From an uncultured Gemmatimonadaceae bacterium (GTDB lineage Bacteria; Gemmatimonadota; Gemmatimonadetes; Gemmatimonadales; Gemmatimonadaceae), in contig OY970320.1 in assembly GCA_963716745.1 (NCBI GenBank), positions 736,001 to 800,000 on the forward strand: a stretch of 64,000 nucleotides of DNA, given 5' to 3'. The notes under the pieces were generated by a model. The model did no database searches. It was given only the letters and a program-made list of their open reading frames with translations, and had not been told where the DNA came from. Shown piece after piece: positions 55,580-64,000 of this stretch (position 1 is its first letter; each line of letters starts with the position of its first letter). The position numbers were made by a program, and so were the translations under genes.

Positions 55580-58129
55580 ATGCTCAGACGTTCCGCCGCA
55601 CTCATTACTGTCGTGCTCGCCACCCTCGCGACCGCCGCCACCGCGCAGAACCCGAAGCCCTCGCCCAACGCCCCGCCCGCCAACGGCGCTCCCGGCAAAG
55701 GCCCCGAGACGCCCGCGGCTCCCAAGCCCTACGCCGAGGTGATCACGTCGCACGCCGATCACCGACTCCGGCGTGTTCATCACCCACCAGCTCGGCGACA
55801 AGCTCTTCTACGAGATCCCGCACGCAATGTTCGGCAAGGAATTCCTGATGGTCGCCGCCCAGCGCGGCGCGGCGCACGGCGTGCGCTTCGCCGGCGAGGA
55901 AGTCTCGGACCAGGTCGTGAAGTGGGAGCGCCTCGGCAACAGGGTGTTCCTGCGCATCGTGCTGTTCGACATCCGCGCCGACAGCACCAATCCGGTCGCG
56001 CGCGCGGTGGACCTGTCGAACATCCCGCCCATCGTCGCGAGTTTCGACATCGCGGCCTTCAGCCCGAAGGACAGCAACGTCGTGGTGGACGTGACCAAGC
56101 TCTTCACCACCGACGTCTCCGAATTCAACATCAAGCAGCAGCGCGTCAAGGTGAAACGCCTCGACCCGTCACGCTCGGCCGTCGCGCGCGTGCGCAGCTT
56201 CCCGCGCAATGTGGAAGTGAGCGCGCTGCAAACGTTCGAGGTGGACTCCGTGCCGGGCCAGGGCGAGGCGATCAACTCGCTCACCGTGCTCATGAACTAC
56301 TCCATGGTGCTGCTGCCCGACGCGCCCATGATGCCGCGGCTCTGCGACAAGCGCGTCGGCTATTTCAATCTGAATTTCGAGGACTACGATCAGCTGCTCG
56401 TCCCGCGCGACCAGCGCTGCTACATCGCGCGCTTCCGTCTCGAGCCGAAGGATCCGACGGCGGCCGTGAGCGATCCGGTGAAGCCCATCATTTTCTATGT
56501 GGATCCGGCGACGCCGGCCAAGTGGGTGCCGTGGATCATCAAGGGCATCGAGCAGTGGCAGCCGATGTTCAGAGCGGCGGGCTTCAGCAACGCGATCATC
56601 GGCAAGCCCGCGCCCGCGAACGACAAGGATTTCGATCTCGACGACGTGCGCTACAACAACATCCGCTGGCTGCCGTCCACCATTGAGAACGCCTACGGCC
56701 CGCACATCAGCGACCCGCGCAGCGGCGAGATCCTGAACGCCGACATCATGGTCTATCACAACATCATGGACCTGGTGCAGACGTGGTATTTCACGCAGGC
56801 GGGCGCCACCGATCCGCGCGACAAGCGTGCTGCCGCTGCCCGATTCGCTCCTGGGGCAAATGCTCATGTACGTGGCCGCGCACGAAGTGGGCCACAGCCT
56901 GGGGCTCAGGCACAACATGATCGCGAGCACCTTCTATCCGGTGGACTCGCTGCGCAGCAAGGCGTTCACCTGCCGCATGGGCGGCACGAGTCCGAGCATC
57001 ATGGACTACGCGCGCTACAATTACATCGCGCAGCCGGGCGACAACGCGTGCCTCATGCAGGGCATGGGTCCGTACGACACCTTCGTGATCGACTGGGGCT
57101 ACCGCCGCATTCCGGGCGCGGCCACGCCGGACGCCGAGCGTCAGGTGCTCGATTCGCTGGCGCGCCAGCAGGATGCGAATCCGTATCTGCGCTACATTGG
57201 CGACGGCGATCCCACCGATCCGCGCAGCGTGACCGAGGAGCTGGGCGACGATCCGGTGATGGCGAGCACGTATGGATTCGCGAACATCAAGCGCATCGTG
57301 CCGATGCTCATTCCGGCGACCACCGCGAATCCGCTCGAGGACTATCAGCAGCTCGACGACATGTACGGCGGCTTGCTCGCGCAGTGGAGCCGCGAGGCGG
57401 GCCATGTGGCGGCCGTGGTGGGCGGCGTGTACTCACACCGAGCGGTATCCCAGCCAGTCGCAATCCATTTATGCGCCGGCGCCGCGCGCGAAGCAGGCGA
57501 AGGCCGTTCAGTGGCTCAACGCGAACGTATTCACGACGCCTACGTATTTCCTGGACACCGCGATCCTGCGGCGCATCGAGCCCACCGGCAGCGTCGAGCG
57601 GCTGCGGACGCGGCAGAGTCAGATCCTGAACACCGTGCTCAACGACGAGCGGCTCGGCCGGCTCGCCGAGGAGCAGGCATTCGCGACCAAGGCCGCGCCG
57701 GCGTACAGCATCGCGGAGTTGCTGAGCGATCTCTCGCAGGGATTGTTCGCCGAGGCGCGTGAAGCGAAGCCGGTGACCGACGTGTACCGGCGGAATCTGC
57801 AGCGGGCGTTCGTGGAGCAGATGAACCGGCTGATCAACACGCCGCTCGAGCCGCCGGTGCGGCCGGGCGTGCCGGCGCGGTTCGCGCCGAAGCCGAGGCC
57901 GGCGGACGCGCGGGCGTTGGCGCGGGCGCAGTTGGTGGTGCTGGACGCGCAGCTGCGGGGGGCGGAGAGCACGGGCGACCGACAAGGAGACCAAGGCGCA
58001 TTTCGCGGATCTGCGCGCGCGGATCAAGGTGATCCTGAAGCCGCCGGCGCAGATGCCGGAGGCGGCACCGGCGCGGACCGCGCTGACTGCGGTGAAGAAG
58101 GGAAAGGGGAAACGGGAGCGTGTAGTTAG
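55580..58129 (+). CDS. Zinc-dependent metalloprotease (DUF5118/DUF5117/DUF4953 type; frameshifted, 3' end approximate)
   Basis: [44 protein letters not shown] Met-turn. Confidence 0.9.
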
Positions 58130-58159
58130 TACTCGCTCCCGTTTTCCCGTTTCGCCCTT
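58095..58159. terminator. Hairpin between convergent genes
   Basis: AAACGGGAGCG...CGCTCCCGTTT with purine/pyrimidine flanks. Confidence 0.6.
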
Positions 58160-58928
58160 GCGTAGACAACGGCGGCCGCCGCGAGGTCCTCGATCGCCGT
58201 GCCCGTGCTATCGAAGATGAAGATCTCTTCGTCGTTGGTCCTCCCCGGCTTCGGCCCCGACTAACCACCTCCGCGAGCTCGGCGTAAACATCTTCCCTCC
58301 TCATGACGCCAGCCGCGATCGCATGGTGCAGATCCCCATCACCACACACTGCTCCAGGATATCCGCCACCACCTTGCCCTTGGCCATGAGCTCCGGCGCG
58401 ATCTCCTGCTTATCCGGATTATCCGCCCCTACCGCCGCCACGAACGCCCCTGGCGAAACATCCCCGGGCCCGAGTATCGCGCGCCGCGACGTAGTGCACG
58501 TGACGATGATGTCACTCCGCCGCGCCGCCGCGCCCAACTCCGTGCCGGCCGTCACCGGGATCCCCAACTCGGCTTGCATGTCCGTCGCGAACTGCTTGGC
58601 GAGCTCGCCGTCCAGGTCCACCGCGAACGCGGACCGCAGCGTGCGCACGAGCGCGAGCGCGCGCAGCTGACTGCGTCCCTGCTCGCCGCAGCCGCAGATG
58701 GTGACCGCCGGCGTCCGCGCGCGCGAGGAATTGGCCGCGACCGCCGTGGCCGCCGCCGTGCGCCGGCTCGTGATGACCGCCGAGTCCATCAGCGCGAGCA
58801 GCACCCCGCGATCGGCGTCGAAGAGCGCGATGACGCCTTGGATCGTCGGGAGCCCGTGCCGCGCGGGATTGCCCGGGAAGTTCGCGTTGATCCGCGCGGG
58901 ACAGAATCAGGGTCGGAAACAGGTGCAC
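58126..58928 (-). pseudogene. Ornithine cyclodeaminase/mu-crystallin family gene with internal deletion and frameshifts
   Basis: N-terminal PTLILSRAD joins directly to [39 protein letters not shown]. Confidence 0.72.
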
Positions 58929-59231
58929 TTGGCACTACGCTCATGAGATCGGAATATGCACTACTACGCGGTAGTTGGGGCGCCATGGGCCGCGCGCTCG
59001 TAGGCTCGCCGCGCGGGCGAAAACGCTAGCAGCGCTGAAGTTGCCCAACCAAATCGCGGCGGCGTGCATTACTTCTCTACTGGGGAGCGGGCAGCCGGTG
59101 GCGTTGTGGAGAGGAATGGGATCTCTCTGACACGTGTGCATTCAGATTGGCGCGCCAGCGTCCGCTCCGTAACATTTTCTTAGCTCGCAGGCTTCTTCCT
59201 TCGTGAAAGCTCCGTCTTCAACCCCGCGCTA

Positions 59232-59652
59232 ATGGCTAGGCACGACCCGCTCGACGATTACGCCCGTTCGGTGCTAATGGCGAAGGTCAAGAGCGCCGGC
59301 AACGTTTCCACTGAGGTGACAGTGGCAAGGTCGCTCCGTCGCGCTAGGATCAGCGGGTGGCGGCGCCACGTCAATCGACTACCTGGTCGTCCGGATTTCT
59401 ATTTTCCCGATGAAGCGCTCGCCATGTTCGTGCACTTGGGTGTTTTTGGCATGGCTGCCCGCGATGCTATCGGCCACCCAAGAGCAACACGCGCTTTTGG
59501 CGGAAAAAGGTCGAAGGGAACCGCGAGCGTGATGCCCGCGTGCTGCGCCAGTTGCGCTCGCAAAGGGCGTACATGCATTCACGATTTGGGAGCATGAGCT
59601 TGCTGACGCCCGCTGGATTGCGAGACTCAAACTTCTGCTTGGAAGAGACTAG
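59232..59652 (+). CDS. vsr: Very-short-patch repair endonuclease (frameshifted)
   Basis: RSVLMAKVKS..TE, LPGRPDF, FVH.CFWHGC, FWRKKVEGNRERD, IWEHE. Confidence 0.9.
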
Positions 59653-59721
59653 GGCCCTGCCCTATTGTAGTCCACACCGCGCGAGTATTGTGAACATGAC
59701 TCCGAAACGTGAGTTTTCGGC

Positions 59722-60455
59722 ATGACGAAGGTCAATCCGTACAATCCTCTCGAGCTGGAGGCGCTCGGACTGTCGTTGCTTATGCAACTAGAGCGCGAGA
59801 CCGTACACTCTCTCGACTCCATTCGTCCCTTCCCCGGATCCAGCATCTATGCACTGTACTATTGCGGTGTGTCCGCGCCCTACAGTGAGCTCGGCGCGTA
59901 CAACAGTGCTCACAATTGCCGAATCCCTCTCTACGTAGGCAGGGCAAAGGAAACGGGCGCGCGCCAAGGCAACGACCCCTTTAAGCCGGTGGCGGGCGCA
60001 CCACTCTGGGAACGAATCCGGCAACATGGGGAAGCATCAAAAACTGCAGGCAACCTGAATTCATTGGACTTTACAGTACGCGCACTTGTTGTCATGCCGA
60101 TCTGACACCACTCGCCGAGGCCATGGCGATCTGTCAGTATCGGCCTATCTGGAACGTCGCACTTCCCGGGTTTGGGATACATGCGCCGGGTGGAGGCCGT
60201 GGCGGCCAAAAGCGATCTCATTGGGACGAGCTACACCCCGGCCGGGCATTTGCGATCAGATTGCGTCCGAATGAGCAAGCAAACCAGAAAGCTCTCCTTG
60301 CTCGTATGTCGGACTTAGGCCAGCGAGCGATCGCGGCCGACGCTGCGACGCGGCGGAACGAAGACAACTCCGAACGGATTGCGCCACGGCCGCGGAAAGC
60401 GCTACTGGGACAGCGTTCCCAATCTGGCGCATCGCCTCGCCCCAAGCGCCGGTAA
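59722..60455 (+). CDS. Eco29kI-family GIY-YIG type II restriction endonuclease (frameshift near 60105)
   Basis: YNPL, IYALYY, PLYVGRA, RIRQH, PIWN..GFG.HAPGGGR, WDELHPGR. Confidence 0.88.
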
Positions 60456-61510
60456 AAACATACTCGTCCGGAAACGTCTGGATTCGAGCCGCCTCCCGCA
60501 CCGTAAAATATCGGACAGTCCCGTTCGGGCGTCGAAGCATGTTTTCTCCTCCCGGGACGCCGTGCACGCCCGCCTTAATCGTCTTGGCCGGAGCGTCCAG
60601 AGCTGAGCCGGTATGTCCTGGATATGCGCGCGCCCCGGGCTGAGCGGTGTGATTCTGAACCTGCGCGGATCTCGATCGAGCATTGGGAGCCGGAAGGCCC
60701 CAATCCATCCCGCACGGTGCACCATGCGACTGTGGTACCGGCCTCCCGCAGCAGCTTACCGGGGAGGGAGTGCGTGGACTGCCTAGACACTCGGACTCCG
60801 TGGCGGTGCCAGTACTCCCGCGTCACCTCCTGCGCCAGCCGAAGCGCGGCCGCGCTATGGCTCGGTGGCGGGGGCTGCCATGGAACTTCTACGTCACGGC
60901 GGATTGCGACGAAGAAGGCCCGCTCTCGACGTTGTGGCACGCCAAAATCCGCAGCGTTCAGTAGCACGCGCCGCACAATGACTGAAGCTCTCGTCCGGCC
61001 GATGCCCCCGAATGGATCCTTCGCAGCTCCAGCAGGTGTTTTCGCCACGACCCCGCATCCAGAGGTGAATCGCCCAATGCGAAAGGGTATGCCAGCTGGA
61101 GCTCAATGAACTCGACAAACTCGGCAAGACTGACCGAGTAGACCCTTGACGTTCTCAATGATGATTGCACGCGGACGAACCTCGCGAACCGCTCGGAACA
61201 CCTGTGGGAAGAGATTACGTTCGTCTCGGTGCGCGGCGTGCTTCCCGCCAATGGAGAAAGGTTGGCATGGCGCGCCGGCGGCCAAGAGGTCTGTGCCATA
61301 GAAGGGCGTGAAATCGAAGTCTTTCACGTCACCTTCGTGAATCTGGCACTTCGAGCCCCCGAAGAACGAGCGATTGGTACGAAGAGTCTGACACGCATCG
61401 CCGTCGTACTCTAAGAGCAATCGATGCTCGAAACCTGCGGCAGCCAGGCCGAGGGCCAAGCCTCCGGCTCCGGTGAACAGTTCAACCGACGTTAGGCGCG
61501 TTCTTGGCAT
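60256..61510 (-). CDS. DNA (cytosine-5) methyltransferase (frameshifted; 3' end approximate)
   Basis: LFTGAGG, GAPCQPFS, ENVKG, QRRER, VREAARIQTFP, QIGNAVP. Confidence 0.93.
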
Positions 61511-61573
61511 GCATCGAATATAGCAGTCGTGAAACCCGATTGAACAAGCGCATTCGCGCGGGTAGTACCGGAA

Positions 61574-62481
61574 TTATGCGGCGTTACCCTTGAATACCTC
61601 CCTTCGATGCCAGCCGAGAAAGGTTGGATACGGCCGATCCTGAATGTCGGCGGGCAAGGTGCCTTACGCGATGGGAGCAGGAGTCGGAGTACCGCCTCAT
61701 CAAGGCCCCTCGTCACCGTCAGAATACCGCCGTCGTCCGTGAGTGCCACGAGGCCGCGATCGAATGCCCAATGCAGACTCTTCATGAGCGCGAGTCCATT
61801 CCGAACACTATCGGGACCGCCCGCCTCCACGGGAATAATGTGGGCAGCATCGGTCTCCGCACGACCGTTGCCGTTTGTCATCCGTACTCCGTGAGCGCGC
61901 ATCGTCCCGCGTACACTTGCTCGACGACCCTGAGTCGGAAGGAAGCGTCGCGAACGGCTCGACTGGAGACCACTTCCCTGATCGGCCTCTGAACCAAAGC
62001 GTCCGCGAGGTCAACATCGCGAGGCCTTCTCGCACCGCCGGTCCTCGTGTTGTCAGCACCGCGAAGCCAGAGCGTATGATCGATTCGGCAGACTGAATGG
62101 GGAGAGTGCCTACTGCGCGCTGGAGCGCTTTACCGTCGAGTGATGTGCCAGACACATTCACGGGAATCGGAAACTCGCAGTAGCTCGACAGCGGAACGAA
62201 GCGGTGGGTCGGATCATCTGCATCATCAACTGGTCGCCGAGAAAGGCAAACCCGGTGAAGGCGCTGCGACCGCCGCTCATGGATGTCTCCGAAGTGCCTC
62301 CGCGCCTCGGTTCATAGGTCAACACTAAACACCCTCGGAGAGACTGCACCACGCTTTCATATAATCGCTTAGGATAGTGGTAGAGTCTGCCAGGCTGATC
62401 CTTGTAGGTCGCGTAGCGGCGGGTTACGAGAATACCCGCGAGACTTTCGAGCGGGTAGGATGTCGCGAACGGCGATTCCAT
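61574..62481 (-). CDS. HNH endonuclease (COG3440-like) with N-terminal accessory domain (frameshifted)
   Basis: RDASF, DAAHIIP..GPDSVRNGLAL..HWAFDRG, FLGWHR. Confidence 0.85.
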
Positions 62482-62644
62482 GTGAGTAGGGTCAACGGGG
62501 GAGAGCCAATCGGTGCGCGGCAAGACTAACCACTAGAGCATTTTAGTACGACAGAACGAAGAGAATCTGCCGCAAAGCTTCTTGTAGATCGCCCGCCAAA
62601 TCGATCGCGGATGCGCTGCATCTTGCGCGCTCAGGAACAAGTCG

Positions 62645-63175
62645 CTAAACACCAAGCCAGACAATGTGCTCGATTCCAAGCCTCTGTCCCGCAGCTTCGA
62701 CCATGGTTCGCGCTTCAGGCCCCGCGTACCGCCCGGAAGCGCCCATGAGAACGACACCGAATGAGGTTGAGTTCTGGGCAATCCAGGCACGTTCGTAGGC
62801 AGCGAGCAGGATTGCCTTCCAGTCGTCTGCTCTGCCCCAGCAGACTACGCGTCCATCACTCAACCGGATCCCGTGAGGTTTAATGTATCGCTCGGCGATC
62901 CCTCGCGCCTCCTCGAGGCCAAGTACGCGGAGCGGCCTAGTGGCGTCAGCGAGCGTCTTTCTCGTAAAATCTTTGAGGAGAGTGTCCTTCAGGTACACGC
63001 GCACGCGGCCCCGATCCATATACCGCGCCAAGATTCCGCCTACTAGCGGATCCCGAGTCCACTCCTCGTAGTACTTGGCCTTGGAGGAGTCCGGCAGGCG
63101 CGTCCAATCGATGTCTTGGGCAATGCCCCAGAGTCGCTCTCGCACCTCCCGCTTCACTGTTGGAGTGATCCTCAC
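62645..63175 (-). CDS. Hypothetical 176-aa protein coupled to helicase
   Basis: Intact ORF; GTGA overlap with helicase stop. Confidence 0.75.
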   Translation of the reverse strand: MRITPTVKREVRERLWGIAQDIDWTRLPDSSKAKYYEEWTRDPLVGGILARYMDRGRVRVYLKDTLLKDFTRKTLADATRPLRVLGLEEARGIAERYIKPHGIRLSDGRVVCWGRADDWKAILLAAYERAWIAQNSTSFGVVLMGASGRYAGPEARTMVEAAGQRLGIEHIVWLGV

Positions 63176-64000
63176 TGCACACCGCCCGGTGGCATCGGCT
63201 TGGGGAATTCGAACTCGGGCAGTTCGAGCTTAGGGTCATCCTCGCGAAGGAACAACGACGCCTGATCGAGCATCCACTCGCGCAGGAAGGACCCGGCCGA
63301 TTGATCGCTAAAACTCACAAGTCTACTTCCGAGCCCGAGTCGCTCCACTGACTCGCCCTTTATTGACCGGTCGAGCTCGACGACCTCTGCGATGCGACTG
63401 AGGTCCGTGACGAAATCCAAGACTATTACCTTGTCTTTTCCCGGGCTTACACGCAGCCCCCTTCCGAGCTGTTGCACGAAGATCCTACGACTATGAGTCG
63501 TTCTCATGAACACAATGAGGTCGACATCTGGCACGTCGACGCCCTCATTGAATAGGTCAACGGTCACGACAATGTTTAGGTGTCCAGCTCTGAAGCGTGA
63601 CATCAGTACGTCACGCTCGCGAGCGGGAGTTTCCGACGACATCGATTCCGCCTTTACTCCATAGTGACGCAGCATGGCGGCGAAACTATTCGCGTGCTCA
63701 ATGGTTGGACTGAACACGATTCCGCCTCGTCTTCCCTCGGAATCGAAGACGCCCTTGATAATCCGAACAGCCTGTTCGTCCCTCGTGGGAAGGATGAGGC
63801 GTCGATTAAGTTGCCCCAAGGAGTATCGATTCTTCGAGGCGTCCTGTACGAACTTCCAGTCAATGTTGTCGGCAAGCAGGCGATAGTCCGTCTCAGCCAG
63901 AAAGCCGCGCTGCAGCCCCTCCGCAATACCGATACGAGCTACCGGCGGACCAAGTAGCTCATCGACGTCATACCCGTCGCCTCGCCACGGCGTCGCCGTC
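63172..64000 (-). CDS. SF2 (ResIII/DEAD-like) helicase, C-terminal part (5' outside window)
   Basis: TATPWRGD (III), GIVF (IV), VDLFNEGVDVP (V), QQLGRGLR (VI). Confidence 0.9.
   Translation of the reverse strand, partial: TATPWRGDGYDVDELLGPPVARIGIAEGLQRGFLAETDYRLLADNIDWKFVQDASKNRYSLGQLNRRLILPTRDEQAVRIIKGVFDSEGRRGGIVFSPTIEHANSFAAMLRHYGVKAESMSSETPARERDVLMSRFRAGHLNIVVTVDLFNEGVDVPDVDLIVFMRTTHSRRIFVQQLGRGLRVSPGKDKVIVLDFVTDLSRIAEVVELDRSIKGESVERLGLGSRLVSFSDQSAGSFLREWMLDQASLFLREDDPKLELPEFEFPKPMPPGGVQ

Larger units (their letters stand above)
58930..64000. mobile_element. Putative horizontally acquired defence island (left boundary approximate)
   Basis: Visible drop in GC and codon bias, loss of host repeat families, R-M gene content; no integrase or att site seen. 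Confidence 0.6.

Noticed and set aside
58930..59230. tRNA or att site at the island boundary
   Set aside because: No cloverleaf or T-loop motif and no direct repeat recognisable
60100..60125. Selenocysteine or readthrough at the TGA in the REase
   Set aside because: The downstream part is in another frame; one missing G restores the expected PIW.PLAE
59232..64000. DISARM, BREX or Druantia assignment
   Set aside because: Signature genes are not visible in the window

Overview
High-GC bacterial chromosome segment. The gene families suggest Gemmatimonadota or a similar lineage; this is inference, not a database result. Dozens of single-base frameshifts interrupt ordinary genes, typical of an unpolished long-read assembly, so many CDS are reconstructed across frames and their ends are approximate. 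Contents: an omega-amino-acid/CoA-transferase catabolic operon (1.4-10.7 kb); arsR-arsM-arsC; a c-di-GMP-I riboswitch ahead of an orphan 78-aa gene; a GcvT-like plus twin FAD-oxidoreductase operon; three orphan ABC permeases (two with PadR); peptidases; a Ser/Thr kinase; a ceruloplasmin-like two-domain multicopper oxidase; and, from about 59 kb, a lower-GC defence island (Vsr, Eco29kI-type REase, C5 MTase, HNH nuclease, unknown protein, SF2 helicase) that runs off the window. The most striking non-coding feature is a family of about 180-bp hairpins built from 7-nt units. They separate successive gene units between 33.5 and 45.8 kb, occur alongside several other palindrome families, and appear by eye to sit at local G-rich to C-rich skew switches. 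No rRNA, tRNA, CRISPR array, transposase or integrase was seen.
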